Shown here: in pieces, positions 1 through 14,039 of the stretch
How positions within the stretch are numbered: the first letter of the stretch is position 1
Layout of the letters: the number at the start of each line of letters is the position of its first letter
Assembly (NCBI GenBank): GCA_038087875.1
Contig: CM075989.1
Span: 434,001 to 498,000 of the forward strand
DNA length: 64,000 nucleotides
Reading direction: 5' to 3'
Origin: Malacoraja senta
Lineage: Eukaryota
Translations under genes and position numbers: made by a program
The notes under the pieces: generated by a model
The model's database searches: none
What the model was told of the DNA's origin: nothing
What the model saw: only the letters and a program-made list of their open reading frames with translations

Positions 1-2160
1 AAATCCATATTGACTTGGACTAATCCTTTTACTGTATCCAAATGCCCCATTATTACCTCTTTAATAATTGACTCCAGCATCTTTCCCACCACCGAAGTCA
101 GGCTAACGTGTCTGAAATTCCCCGTTTTCTCTCTTGCTCCTTTCTTGAAAAGTGGGATAACATTAGCTCTCCACCAATTCACAGGAACTGATCCTGAATC
201 TATTGAACATTGGAAAATGATCACCAATGCGTCCAATATTTCTAGTGTCACCTCTCTAAGGACCCTGAGATGCAGACCACCTGGCCCAGGGGATTTATCA
301 TCCTCCAGTCCCATTAGCATACCCAATGCTATTTCTCGCCTAATGAAAATCTCTTTCTGTTTGTCTACCCCCTTAGATCCTCTGTCCTCCAGTACATCTG
401 GGAGATTGTTTGTGTCTTCCTCAGTGAAGACAGATCCAAAGTACCTATTCAACCTGCCATTTCTTTGTTGCCCATAATAATTTCACCCGTGTCTGCCTTC
501 AAGGGACCCACATTTGACTTTGTTACTCTTTTTCCCTTAACATATCTACAGAAGTTTTTACTGTCCTTTATGTTCCTGGCCAGCTTCCCTTCGTACTTCA
601 TCTTTTCAGCCCGTATTGCCCGTTTTGTTTCCTTCTGTTGTCCCATGAAAGTTTCCCAATCCACTGGCTTCCGGCTACTCTTTGCAGTGTTATACATCTT
701 TTCTTTTAGTTTTATTCTATCCCTAACTTCTCTTGTCAGCCACGGTTGCCTCCTACTCCCCGTAGAATCTTTCTTCCTTTTTGGAATGAAATGATCCTGC
801 GTCTTCCGGATTATGCCCAGAAATTCCTGCCATTGCTGTTCCACCGTCATTCCTGCTGGGATCCCTTTCCAGTCCACCTTGGCCAGCTCCCCTCTCATGC
901 CTTCATAGTCCCCTTTGTTTTTACTGCATCACTGACACTTCCGATTTAACCTTCTCCTTCTCAAATTGCAGATTAAAACTAATCATATTATGATCACTAC
1001 CTCCAAGCGGTTCCTTTACCTCGAGTTCTCTTGTCATATCTGGTTCATTGGACATCACTAAATCCAGAATTGCCTTTTCTCTGGTCGACTCCATTACAAG
1101 CTGCTCTAAGAATCCATCTTGGAGGCATTCTACAAACTCTCTTTCTTGGGGTCCTGAACCAACCTGATTTTCCCAGTCTACCTGCATATTGAAATCCCCC
1201 ATCACCATTGTGGCATTACCTTTGTTACATGCCAGTTTTAACTCCTGCTGCAACCTACACCCTATATCCGGGCTACTATTTGGGGGTCTGTAGATAATAC
1301 CAATTAGCTTCTTCTTGCCTTTACAATTCCTCAACTCAATCCACAGTGACTCTACCTTGTCAGTCCCTATGTCTTCCCTCGCAAGGGACTGAATTCCATC
1401 CCTCACCAGCAGAGCTACCCCCCCCCTCCTCTGCCCACCTGCCTGTCCTTTCTATAGGATGTATAACCCTGAATATTAAGTTCACAGGCGTGATCCTCCT
1501 GCAGTCACGTCTCAGTAATCCCCACAATGTCATATCTACCAACCTCTAACTGAGCCTCTTGCTCATCTACTTTACTTCTTATACTTTGCGCATTCATAAA
1601 CAATACCTTTAATTCCTTACGCATCTCACCTTTCACATCGATCCCTATTACACTTGGCCATACTCTCTTATCCCTTTGTGAGCATTTCCCGTTAATTCTG
1701 GGGTCATTAACTATCCTTTTACTCTCTTTCCCTTTAACTCCATCCTCGACTATCCAATTTGACACCCCGCCCCCCTTATTCAGTTTAAACCCACCCGTGT
1801 AGCAGTGGCAAACCTCCCTGCCAGAATGCTGGTCCCCACCTGTTAAGATGCAATCCGTTCCTTTTGTACAGTTCCCCCTTACTCCAAAACAGATCCCAGT
1901 GATCTAAGAATCTAAATCCCTGCCCCCTGCACCAGTTCCTCAGCCATACATTCAGGTCCCATATCTCCCTGTTCCTTCTCTCGCCAGCACGAGGAACTGG
2001 AAGCAAACCAGAGATAACCACCCTGGAGGTCCTGTTTTTCAGCATTTTTCCGAGCTCTCTAAAGTCACGCTGCAGAATATTCATCCCCTTCTTTCCGACA
2101 TCGTTTGTGCCGACATGCACTACCACTTCCGGCTGTTCACCTTCGCCCTTGAGGATGCAC
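1..2160 (-). mobile_element. CR1-clade LINE, decayed (ORF1 esterase end, APE endonuclease, start of RT region)
   Basis: Minus ORFs 1785-2207 (VVVHVGTND, SGNH esterase-like), 1505-1765 (NAQSIRSK..IVGITET), 921-1406 (GIIYRPP, MGDFN, GSDH) and 449-898; broken by stops and frameshifts. Confidence 0.9.
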
Positions 2161-2729
2161 TGGAAAGGCCGATGCGGTAAAGCCATGCGTCCTGGTTCGG
2201 TCAGCACGGCTTTTCCAGGGATGTGTCTCCTGCAAATCTAACACTGAGATACAATTTGTAATGCTTCTTTCGTCAAATGTAGGTGCCACCATGTGGCTTT
2301 ACAGATTTCTAACATTCCTCCCTTTCCATTATGTGTAAGGGAGTGTACATAATGTAACAAGATAGGACTTCCGGTGGCGCTATGGAGGCTTGAGTCCAGC
2401 GCCAACTAGCTCCGTGCCGAAGAATCTGAAAACGGGAGAAAATCGGGTCTTACCTGCAGCGATCGCGATCTGAACGGCTGCCTGCCGCGTGACGTCATCA
2501 GGCGCGTGACTTTGACGGTATGTCGACGCAACATACCCCCCCCCCCCGTGGGTCAAAAAAAAACGTTAAAGGGAAACCACCGATGGAAGAGGTAGGCCTA
2601 ACTGAGGCCTCGGCCTCAGGTACAATGACGGCCCAGGAAGACCCAACGAAGAAATCAAAGTAGAAAAAGTCTGAAATTGAAGATCTTAAAACTTTTCTCG
2701 CTGTTGAAATTAAACAGATTCAACTACAG

Positions 2730-3584
2730 TTGAAAACCTTCGAAGGAAATTTGAAATTGAATCTTAAAGAGGAACTTAACTCTTTCAAGGAAGATTTTAA
2801 AGCAGAAATGGATTCTACCGTTGAAGAAATACTGGAAGTCTGCAAGAGGTCGAGGGACGATGAGGCCAAGGAACAGATGGAAGTGCTGGAAGCCAGGCTC
2901 GTTTCGGTGGAATCGAGCGTTAATAGGGAGGTGGTCCCCATTCATCAAGCACTTGATCAACATAGAACAGCGATAACCGAACTTGAGAAATGGGCGGCGA
3001 CAAGTGAGGAAACTGTAAATCGACTCCTTATTGAAAACCAACGCCTCTCCGGTATGGTGATCAAATTAAGTGATAAGTGTACCGATTTGGAGGGGCATCA
3101 AAGACGCAAGAATTTAAGAATTGTAGGGGTGAATGAAGGAAGTGAGAGGGAAATGGGCCCTCGGGATTTTGTGGTAGACCTACTACAAAAAGCCTTAAAA
3201 TTGGATCAAAAACCTTCACTCGGTCGAGCACATAGAGCGCAGGGGCGTTGTACACAAGATGATGCCCATCCAAGACAAATTATAGTAAAGGTGCAACTTG
3301 ATCATGAATTTGACGAGATAATGAAGAAAATTGTCCGAAGCGGACAGCTCTATTTTGAAGGTGCGAGGTTCAGTATTTACCGAGATTATCCGGCAGAGGT
3401 CTTCAAGAAAAGAGCGCAGTTCACTGAGACAAAAAGAATACTGAAGAATGTACCTGATTTGAGATACGGCTTGCTTTACCCCGCAAGACTAAGAGTCACC
3501 TACAAGCAGAAGGAGCAATTTTTTACAGACCACGAAAAAGCACTGGAATTTGCCAAAGAAATCGGGAACGTGACCACAGACTGA
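2730..3584 (+). CDS. L1 ORF1p (coiled coil + RRM + CTD); true start probably further upstream and disrupted
   Basis: DLEGHQRRKNLRIVGVNEG, RAHR, IYRDY, YGLLYPARLRVT are typical L1 ORF1p motifs. Confidence 0.85.
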   Translation: MKTFEGNLKLNLKEELNSFKEDFKAEMDSTVEEILEVCKRSRDDEAKEQMEVLEARLVSVESSVNREVVPIHQALDQHRTAITELEKWAATSEETVNRLLIENQRLSGMVIKLSDKCTDLEGHQRRKNLRIVGVNEGSEREMGPRDFVVDLLQKALKLDQKPSLGRAHRAQGRCTQDDAHPRQIIVKVQLDHEFDEIMKKIVRSGQLYFEGARFSIYRDYPAEVFKKRAQFTETKRILKNVPDLRYGLLYPARLRVTYKQKEQFFTDHEKALEFAKEIGNVTTD

Positions 3585-4603
3585 AGAATTTACATTACTC
3601 CTCAGGAGTCAAGGATTAACGGCACTTCGCCAGATCTAAAAGGACCTTTAAAGTTCTTTTAAGAGCTTTAAGGACATTCGAAAACTGAAATGGACGGTGG
3701 ACATTGGAGAAAACCGTGTTTTTTTTTAATTTATTTTTTTAATCTTTTTTTATTTTTAGTATAAACTCTAAGAACAATAATATCATACTTAAAACCAATT
3801 GTTATTAATCACTATTACTATTTAGTATATTCATATCTAACTATATATGTAACTACTAATACTTATTAAATATCTATATTACTACTAAAATTATTAACAT
3901 TTATATTACTCATAAAAATTTGATACTGGGTATGATGGATAACAATGATTAATAACTAACAGTCTCTGGTTAACGTAGAAATGAGTTACATACTTATATT
4001 CTATAGGAATATGTGCAAGAGGTAATTCAGCCTACGTCATAATAAGGTTTGACGGTTTTTCTCTTTATTTTTCAATTTAAAATTAAATTTATAGATTTAG
4101 CGAAGATATTAATATGGTATGTAGAGAATAATAACATAGTGAATTTATGCTGTTTTGGGACTTTTCTGCAGGGATATGTGCGTATATATGTATGCATATG
4201 GGTATATATATGTATATATGTATGTATGTGTGTGTGTATGTATGGGTATATATATATGTTTGCTACTCCCAAAGAAGTTAATTGATTGTCAGAAATATTC
4301 TTCTTTTTTTTTTTCTCGGGCACGGAGCTGGGAATTTTTTTTTTACAAAGGCTACGGAAGTCTTTAGAATTCTAGCCACGTTAGTGTGGCTATCACTAAC
4401 TACACTAATTGTAGATGTCGTTTTTTTTCATTCACCCTATACTAACCAATTATATCACTTTTTTCACTTTAAATATTTTTATAACTTAATGTTTGAATGG
4501 AACAACAAGACTAATTCAAGGAGATGTGTTCGGAAGAGCGATGTATATTATTTAAAATTCATCTATTTGAGGTTCGGGAGCAGGGTCAGGTTTTATGTGT
4601 TGC

Positions 4604-6684
4604 GTGCCCTCCATGACTTGGAACGCTTCTACCGTCGCCTCCGCCTCACAGCTCACTTCCATGGGAAGCAGTCCTCGCTCCCCACTGATGACCCCTTTTC
4701 CCGTCTCCAACGCACCCCATCCTCATGGAACCCCCCTCGCAGCCTTCCGGCTTTAGAACTCTTTATTAAAAACTGCCGCCGTGACATCCACCGCCTCAAC
4801 TTCTCCACTCCCCTGTCTCACTCCAATCTCTCCCCCCTTGAACGCACTGCCATCGACTCACTCCGCAACAACCTAGATTGGGTTATCAAACCCGCCGACA
4901 AGGGAGGTGCCGTGGTAGTCTGGCGCGTCGACCTCTACAAAGCTGAGGCCACGCGCCAACTCTCGGACACCTCTTCCTACTTACCCCTGGACCATGACCC
5001 CACTGACGAGCACCAGGCCACCATCTCCAGCACCATCACCAACTTCATCCACTCCCACGCCCTGCCCGAACGAGCCTCCAACCTCATCGTTCCCCAGCCC
5101 CGCACAGCCCGCTTTTACCTTCTCCCCAAAATCCACAAACCTGACTGTCCCGGTAGACCCATTGTCTCTGCCTGTTCTTGCCCCACCGAACTCATCTCCA
5201 CCTACCTCGACTCCATACTATCCCCCTTGGTTAAATCCTTCCCCACCTATGTTCAAGACACCTCAGACACTCTCCGTCATCTCCGCGCATTCCACTCTCT
5301 AGGCCCTCACCCCCTCAACTTCACCATGGACGTCCAGTCACTGTACACCTCCATCCCCCACCAGGATGGTCTCAAAGCCCTCCATTTTTTCCTCGACCGT
5401 AGAAGCAATCTATACCCGGCCACTGACACCCTCCTCCGCCTAGCGGAGCTGGTACTTACACTTAATAACTTTTCATTTGACTCCTCCCATTTCCTCCAAA
5501 TACAAGGCGTAGCTATGGGCACACGCATGGGCCCCAGCTACGCCTGCCTCTTTGTCGGGTACGTAGAACAATCCCTGTTCAATGCGTACCAGGGCCCCAT
5601 CCCCGACCTCTACCTCCGCTACATCGATGATTGTTTTGGTGCCACATCCTGCACCCACACACAACTGACTGACTTCATCCGCTTCACCACCAACTTCCAT
5701 CCGGCACTCAAATACACCTGGACCATTTCCGACACTTCCCTACCATTCCTTGACCTCACCATCTCCATCGCAGGTGATAGACTCCTTACCGACATCCACT
5801 ACAAACCTACCGACTCCCATGGCTATCTGGACTACACTTCTTCCCACCCTGCTTCCTGTAAGGACTCCATCCCCCACTCCCAATTCCTCCGTCTACGCCG
5901 CATCTGCTCCCAGGATGAGGCGTTCCACACCAGGGCATCTGAAATGTCCTCATTCTTCAGGGAACGGGGGTTCTCCTCCTCCACCATAGATGAGGCTCGC
6001 ACCAGGGTCTCTGCCATACCCCGCAACACTGCTCTCTCTCCCCATCCCCCCACTCACAACAAAGGCAGAGTCCCCCTAGTCCTCACCTTTCACCCCACCA
6101 GCCGTCACATACAACAAGTGATCCTCCGTCAGTTTCGCCACCTCCAACGTGACCCCACCACTCGCCACATCTTCCCATCTCCCCCTATGTCTGCCTTCCG
6201 CAAAGACCGCTCCCTCCGTAACTCCCTTGTCAATTCTTCCCTTCCCTCCCATACCACCCCCTCCCCTGGTACTTTCCCTTGCAACCGCAAGAGATGCAAC
6301 ACTTGTCCCTTCACTTCCCCCCTCCACTCCATTCCAGGACCCAAGCAGTCGTTCCAGGTGCGACAGAGGTTCACCTGCATCTCCTCCAACCTCATCTATT
6401 GCATTCGCTGCTCTAGATGCCAGCTGATCTACATCGGTGAGACCAAGCGGAGGCTTGGCGATCGTTTCGCCGAACACCTCCGGTCGGTCCGCAATAACCA
6501 ACCTGAACTCCCGGTGGCTCAGCACTTCAACTCCCCCTCCCATTCCGTATCTGACCTCTCTGTCCTGGGTCTCCTCCATGGCCACAGCGAGCAACACCGT
6601 AAATTGGAGGAAATGCACCTCATATTCCGCTTGGGCAGTCTACATCCTGGTGGCCTGAACGTTGAATTCTCCCAATTCTGCTAG
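4604..6684 (+). CDS. Penelope RT + GIY-YIG endonuclease (uninterrupted frame, N-terminus missing)
   Basis: IKPADKG, FYLLPKIHK, MDVQSLYTSI, GVAMG, YLRYIDD, then NLIYCIRC..YIGET.R.L..RF.EH. Confidence 0.92.
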
Positions 6685-6795
6685 CCCTGGCTGTCCCCTC
6701 CCCTTCATCAGCCATCTGGTTGTCTCCTCCCCTCCCCCAGCCCTCGGGCTCCTCCTCCTCCTTTTCCTTTTTTCCTTTCTTCTCCCCACCCCCTA

Positions 6796-6835
6796 TCAGT
6801 CTGAAGAAGGGTTTCGGCCCGAAACGTTACCTATT
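6796..6835 (+). ncRNA. Minimal hammerhead-ribozyme-like motif in the Penelope 3' region
   Basis: CTGAAGA-A-[GGGT TTCG GCCC]-GAAA-CGTTA: hammerhead core boxes, stem II with UUCG loop, palindromic AACGTT at stem III. Confidence 0.7.
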
Positions 6836-6978
6836 TCCTTCGCTCCATAGATGCTGCTGCACCCGCTGAGTTTCTCCAGCATTTTTGTGTACCTTCGATT
6901 TTCCAGCATCTGCAGTTCCTTCTTTAACACTTTATGTGTTGCACCTTCTGCTCGGTTATAGACCACCTTAGAAACAAT

Positions 6979-9900
6979 ATGCAAGATGTTAATATGACAA
7001 GAGGGGGTCAGGGAATAACATTTTGTAGTTGGAATGTTAAGGGAATCAATGAACCAATTAAGAGAGGTAAAGTTTTGGCACATCTAAATTCAATCGAAAC
7101 AGATATAATATTCCTTCAAGAAACACACCTTAAAAAGGAATCTCAACATAGACTTAAAGCTAAGTGGATCGCTGAATCATATCATTCCTCTTTTTCCCAT
7201 GTCCAGAGGAGTTGCAATATTAATTCGTAAAGGAATACCTTTTACGCATTCATCAACAATAGCGGATATTGATGGTAGATATATTATATTAGTTGGAGAG
7301 TTAAATGGAGAAAAAGTGATTCTTCTTAATGTATATGGGCCTAATTTTGATAACCCTATGTTTTTTAATAAAATTTAATATAATTCCTGAATTTACACAA
7401 TATAAATTAATAATTGGAGGAGACTTCAATTGCACATTAGATTCATACTTAGATAGATCATCAAGGCAAAAAAAAGTAAAATCTCAATCAAGTGTATTTT
7501 TAAATTCATTTATTAATACCACTAATATTAAGGATGTCTGGAGAATTGAAAATCCAACTGGACGGGAATATTCATTTTACTCACCAGTACATAAAACATA
7601 CTCAAGAATAGATTATTTTTTAGTTGACTCCACGTTTATCCCATTTACTTATAACTCAAAATACCATAATATTATAATCTCAGATCACGCACCTGCAACA
7701 TTCATGATTAAATTAAATGGAATGTCCGAGAAACAAACATATTGGAGATTTAACCCACAAATTTTGAACGAAAGATCATGCCAGGAATATCTTACTAAAC
7801 AGATTCAAATATTTTTGAGGTAAATGACAACCCTGACACACCTACTTCTCTTATGTGGGAAACGTTTAAAGCGTTTGTTCGAGGTGCATTAATTTCTGCT
7901 CAAGTATTTTATAATAAAGAGAACATGATTAAACAACTAACATTGGAAAGGGAAATCAAGCAACTAGATATAGAAAATGCGAGAATGCCATCTATTTTAA
8001 AACATAATAAAATTGCTGTATTGAAATATAAATTAAACAAAATGTATTCAGAACAAGTAATACAACTTTATCATAAAACCAAACAATTACATTTCGAGTT
8101 TGGAGACAAACCACAAAAACTATTAACACGTCAGTTACGAAAAATGGAAGGGGAAAAGATAATTCATAAAATTAGAACAGAAACAGGAGAATTATTAAAA
8201 ATGCCCAAGGATATAAACGAAAGATTTCTCCAATACTATGATAATCTTTAATCAACTAAAACTGTAGTACAACCAGAAGGAATAGCAGATTTTTTACTAA
8301 AATGTAATTTAAAAGGTTTAGATTCAAACGATAGAGAATTATTAGAAAGGGAGATTACGATAAAGGATATTGAGGAGTCTATTGGCTCTTTAAAAAATGG
8401 TAAAGCAGTAGGACCAGGTGGTTTAGGCTCTGAATTCTATAAAAAAAATTATGACTTGCTCTCCCCACGTTTACAAAGGCTGTATGAGCATATCTATACT
8501 CAACAGAAACTTCCAGATACTTTAAATGAATCTATAATAACACTTATTCCTAAAGTTGATAAAGATCCGGAAGATCCGGGATCATATAGACCAATTGCAC
8601 TTTTAAATACAGATCAGAAAATATTAACTAAAATACTAGCGCATAGATTAAGTACATTGATGAATAAATTAATACACCCTGACCAAACAGGCTTTATTCA
8701 GAAACGGTACTCATATTATAATCTAAGAAGATTATTTAATATTATTTATTCTAAGAGAATTATTAATGAAGATCTAGCAATAATCTCACTTGACGCAGAA
8801 AAAGCATTTGATCAGGTTGAATGGTCCTATTTATTTTCGGTGATGGAAAATATGCAGCAAGAGGAGAAATTCTGCACATGGATAAAACTGTTATATACAA
8901 ACCCTACGGCTAGAATATTAACAAACCAAAGGTTGTCATCTAAATTCAGCCTATCTAGAGGTTGTAGACAAGGATGCCCGTTATCTCCATTATTATTTGC
9001 GCTTGCTATTGAGCCACTCGCAGAAAGAGTTAGGGGTCATCCGGAAATACATGGGTATAACACAAAGGATACAGTGAATAAAATTTCTCTATATGCAGAT
9101 GATGTACTAATTTACATTACAAAACCAGAAATTAGTATCCCAAACTTATTAAAGCTAATAACCCAATTTGGTTCACTCTCAGGATACAGAATAAATTGGA
9201 ATAAAAGTGAAATTATGCCAATAAGGGAACACAACAAACAGATAATACAACAATTTCCATTTAAGATAGTAAACGAAAAATTCAAATACCTAGGTATTTA
9301 CGTAACTAAGATATATACATCATTATTTAAAGCAAATTTCCCCCCCATTACTGAACAAACTACATAAGAATATTCAATATTGGAAAACACTTCCTATCTC
9401 AATGGTTGGCAAAATGAATGCCATAAAAATGATTTTTTTACCGCAAATATTATACCTTTTTCAGACAATTCCGATATATTTGTCAAAAAACTTTTTTAAA
9501 AAATTGGATTCCATTGTTAATGATTTTATCTGGGATTATAAGAATCATAGGATAAACAAAAGGCATTTGTGTAAATCAAAAATAAATGGAGGCTTGGTTT
9601 TACCAAACTTTCTGTTTTATTTTTGGGCAGTTAATATTAAAAATATGAATTTCTGGTTGGAAGAAATAGATCAACAACCAGATTGGTTAAAAATGGAAAA
9701 GGAAGATTGTTTACCTTTTGATATCGGCTCGATATTATTTGCTACGTCTAAATTAAACAAAAAAATGTATATGGAAAACCCTATAATATTTAGTGCTATA
9801 CGAATTTGGAAACAATTAAAAAAGACATTAAAATTAGATAACTTATCACTTTTCCTTCCAATTGTGAATAACCCTTTGTTTAAGCCCTCATGGTTGGACA

Positions 9901-10601
9901 GGGGTTTTACACAATGGAAGAATTATGGAATTAAAAATATGGGACAACTTTACAAGGAAGGCACTCTTCTGACATTTCAGGAGTTGCAACAGACTTATGG
10001 ACGTGGAGGAAATGATTTTTTCAGATATCTTCAACTCAGAGATTATGTAAAATCGAAAACTCGAAAACACATACATCAATGTTCATTAAATGCCAGACAT
10101 TCTTTAATACAATTTAAAGTAATACATAGGTTACATTATTCAAAAACAAAATTACATAAAATCTTTCAACATATCTCACCTATATGTGATAAATGTCAAC
10201 ATTTAGAAGCTAACTTATCTCATATGTTTGCAAACTGTATAAAAATAAAAAAATTCTGGGTAAATATTTTCAGTATAATATCTAAAGTGACCAGCACACA
10301 ATTGGACCCGGATCCAAAATTAATAATACTCGGAACATTAGAATTAAATCAAACATTTACAACAACACAAAGAAACTTTATTGATTATAGTATAATAACG
10401 GGAAAAAAATTAATTCTAAAATTTTGGAAAGGCCCTATAACCCCCACAATCAAAATGTGGATTATAGAAATGACGGAGACCTTAAACGTGGAAAGAATCA
10501 GATTTTCCCTGTTGGACAAACAGGAATTATTCGTTGGAACATGGTCTCCCTTTATTGATTATTTAAAGGGTCAGAATGGTTCAGCACAAGAACCTGACTA
10601 A
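6979..10601 (+). pseudogene. L1 ORF2 (APE endonuclease, RT, Cys-rich C-terminus), multiple frameshifts
   Basis: SWNVKGIN, FLQETH, IGGDFN, SRIDYF, SDH, SYRPIALLN, LDAEKAFD, RQGCPLSP, LYADD, CDKC..HMF..C spread over ORFs 6934-10601. Confidence 0.93.
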
Positions 10602-11399
10602 TACTCGGGCTAAAGAATGGATGAAATGCTATACTCTGAAATGTACGAATATATCTCGAATGAAGCTTTTTATTTTAATAAATTTTTCCATTCTTCTTTA
10701 ACTATCTTTTTCTTTTCTGTTCTTTTTAAAAAAAAAATATTTATTTATTTATTTATTTATTTATTTTCTTTCTCTCTCTTTTCTCTCTCTTTTCTTTCTT
10801 TACTTCATCTATCTTTTTAGTTCTATCTAGTTTAAAAAAACAAAAAAGGCAAAAGGTATTGGAGACAATGTAATAATAATTGACAATATTATCAATTCAA
10901 AAATGTAAGACTGGTAATGATGTTAATAGAACTCATTGTATTTGCGCAAAAATGGTACACGACAGCGCCATGATATTTTCCCACCTTAAAGTTAGCGAGG
11001 TTTAAACATTATTTTAACCACGCGTGAACAGATCGATCTCCTCTCCTGCCGTTCAGCGCTGCGTGGATTGGTCTTTTCTCCTAACGGTCCACTCCTTCCT
11101 GCACCATCGCATCTTTACTGGAGCTGAGGATGGCTAGCGGAGGTTTCCATTTTTGGAGGGACGGGAAATGGCCCAGCCCAGCACGGAAAATGTCCCCAAA
11201 CGGAAAGTGGAGAATCTGATCCCGGCGAAGGAGGACGACCAGCAACAAAGCGACCAGTGACCACTGCAAGTACCCATCGCACCTTCAGCTCCAACCTCTT
11301 CCCCTCTGGTCCCTCTCACTTGCTCCGGCAAGTGAGAGATACCCCCTCTCCCCCACAAACTCCGTCTTCTCTCTGAGCTCTCTCCCCCCCAAGGCGTGT

Positions 11400-12735
11400 C
11401 TATCCAGTCATTCTTCATATGAAAGTCCTGCCATCCCAGGAACCAGTCTGGTGAACCTTCTCTGTACTCCCTCTATGACAAGAATGTCTTTCCTCAGATT
11501 AGGAGACCAAAACTGTACACAATAATCCAGGTGTGGTCTCACCAAGACCCTGTACAACTGCAGTAGAACCTCCCTGCTCTTATATTCAAATCCTTTTGCT
11601 ATGAATGCTAACATACCATTTGCTTTCTTCACTGCCTGCTGCACCTGCATGCCTACTTTCAATGACTGGTGTACCATGACACCCAGGTCTCGTTGCATCT
11701 CCCGTTTTCCTAATCGGCCACCATTCAGATAATAGTCTACTTTCCTATTTTTGTCACCAAAGTGGATAACCTCACATTTATCCACATTATACTGCATCTG
11801 CCATGCAATTTCCCACTCACCCAACCTATCCAAGTCACCTTGTAGCCTCCTAACATCCTCCTCACATCTAATACTGCCCCCCAGCTTCGTGTCATCCGCA
11901 AACTTGCATTCAATTCCCTCATCCAGATCATTAATATATATTGTAAATAGCTGGGGTCCCAGCACTGGGCCTTGCGTTACCCCACTAGTCACTGCCTGCC
12001 ATTCTGAAAAGGACCCGTTTACTCCTACACTTTGCTTCCTGTCTGCCAGCCAGTTCTCTATCCACATCAATGCTGAACCCCCAATACCGTGTGCTTTAAG
12101 TTTGCATACTAATCTGTTATGTGGGACCTTGTCGAAAGCCTTCTGAAAGTCCAGATATAACACATCCACTGGTTCTCCCTTATCCACTCTACTAGTTACA
12201 TCCTCGAAAAATTCTATAAGATTCGTCAGACATGATTTACCTTTCATAAATCCATGCTGACTTTGTCCAATGAATTCACCACTTTCCAAATGTGCTGCTA
12301 TCCCATCTTTAATAACTGATTCCAGAATTTTCCCCACTGGTCTGTAATTCCCCATTTTCTCTCTCCCTCCCATTTAAAAAAAGTGGGGTTACATTAGCTA
12401 CCCTCCAGTCCTCAGGAACTACTCCAGAATCTAAAGAGTTTTGAAAAATTATCACTAATGCATCCACTATTTCTGCGGCTACTTCCTTAAGTACTCTGGG
12501 ATGCAACTTATCTGGCCCTGGGGATTTATCGGCCTTTAATCCATTCTATTTACCTAACACCACTTCCCGGCTAACCTGGATTTCACTCAGTTCCTCCATC
12601 TCATATAACCCCCGGTCCCTTGCTATTTCCGGCAAATTATTTATGTCTTCGTTAGTGAAGACAGAACCAAAGTAGTTATTCAATTGGTCTGCCATGTCCT
12701 TGTTCCCCATGATCAATTCGCCTGTTTCTGACTGC
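11400..12735 (-). mobile_element. CR1 LINE RT fragment
   Basis: ORF 11408-12373: QHGF.KGKSCLTNL, LDFQKAFDKV, QGPVLGP, KFADDTKL. Confidence 0.92.
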
Positions 12736-14039
12736 GACCTTGCTTCAAGTATGATGCGTTCTTTGAATTAAATTAACGGGAGATGCATTTAAAATGTCAG
12801 GCGCGAGCACAATTATCATTTGAACTTGTGGAGGCTGATTTGTGAACATCGAAATGTCTGACGGTCCAATGTGGAGATGTTTGAAGAGATGCCCTCAAAC
12901 TGCAGACTGCAGACCACTGCTCGATGTTGGTCGGCGTGTATTTGGACGTTTTCACTTGTCTAAATGAATATAACTAGGTGTTAATAATACTAATAAAATA
13001 TTATAACTACGTGTTAATGATACTAATAAAGTGTTGCTAAATACCAATTCTTGTGAATCAAACTTTCATTGGAACCTTTTTTACAAATTTCTAACATTTT
13101 ATGAGGGAATTTGAATTCGTATGAACTACATTTCTAAGTTCTTTATTAGAGAAATCCATACATTTTATTTTTTATGTTCATGAATGTTGTAATCAGATAT
13201 TGGCGTTACATGAAGTAATTGACAAAAATTGAATACAATTGAATTCAGATTGTGTCTTGAAGTTATGAATGTATGATTCCCATCATGAATCATTTCCAAA
13301 TAGAGTGAGGGAATCTCCACCTGTAAATTGAATTGAATTGAATTGAATTTCCTTTATTGTTATTCAAACAAGTCTGAACAACATTTTGTGCATGACAGTT
13401 GCATAGAAACATAGAAAATAGGTGCAGGAGGAGGCCATTCGACCCTTCGAGCCAAAGGCAACAAAACACACAATTACAGAGACCAAATGCTTCTGCAGAT
13501 TATAAAGCAATTTTATTAACTAATTGACACCCTCTGTTTTTACAGCTGGCAATTGGGGAAAACATGTTTAATACATCCAAGAATACAAAGAATACAAAGT
13601 TTTAGATTGCATATAATGCAGATCATTTATATATTGCTTGGCTTTAATAGCTCATACTGTAATTTCCATACTAGAGCTACCACAGATTTAAAAAAACACT
13701 AGACATCATGCTGGACAGTGGACAACATAATATAGGACAGGACAAGCTGCTTGAAAGTGTCCTGTTCTATATTATGATGTCCAGTGTTTTATAAATCTGT
13801 GTTTTTAATCTGCACTAATTGACGCATTCTAACGGTAACAGCCCTGTAGTAGAGGAATTCACGTCGCGGGGCTGGAAACTGGAAGAATCCCGAGCTAATT
13901 ACCGTTCACAGGGCGCACGGCTGAAGCTTCCGATTCATCGCTTGTGTGTGTGTGCATGCGCACACGGCCACCAAGAAATTGTGCCCCTCCTGTCCCGGGT
14001 CCCCTCCATGTTTTGACAGCGGTTTCCGTCTCTGCCTGG

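Larger units (their letters stand above)
4604..6930 (+). mobile_element. Penelope-like retroelement, 5'-truncated, 12-bp TSD
   Basis: TTTATGTGTTGC at 4592-4603 and 6931-6942 flanks a C-rich element encoding RT and GIY-YIG. Confidence 0.93.
2365..10850 (+). mobile_element. L1-clade LINE, near full length, disrupted, carrying a Penelope insertion
   Basis: CpG-rich 5' end starting GGACTTCCGG, ORF1, an AT-rich spacer, a fragmented ORF2 and a T-rich 3' UTR. Ends approximate. Confidence 0.85.

Noticed and set aside
4282..4603. N-terminal about 107 aa of the 800-aa ORF
   Set aside because: Lies outside the TSD in AT-rich L1 spacer; chance in-frame extension.
12740..14030. Unassigned sequence, possibly receptor 3' UTR (minus-strand AATAAA near 13512)
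   Set aside because: No ORF or structure that can be supported from sequence alone.
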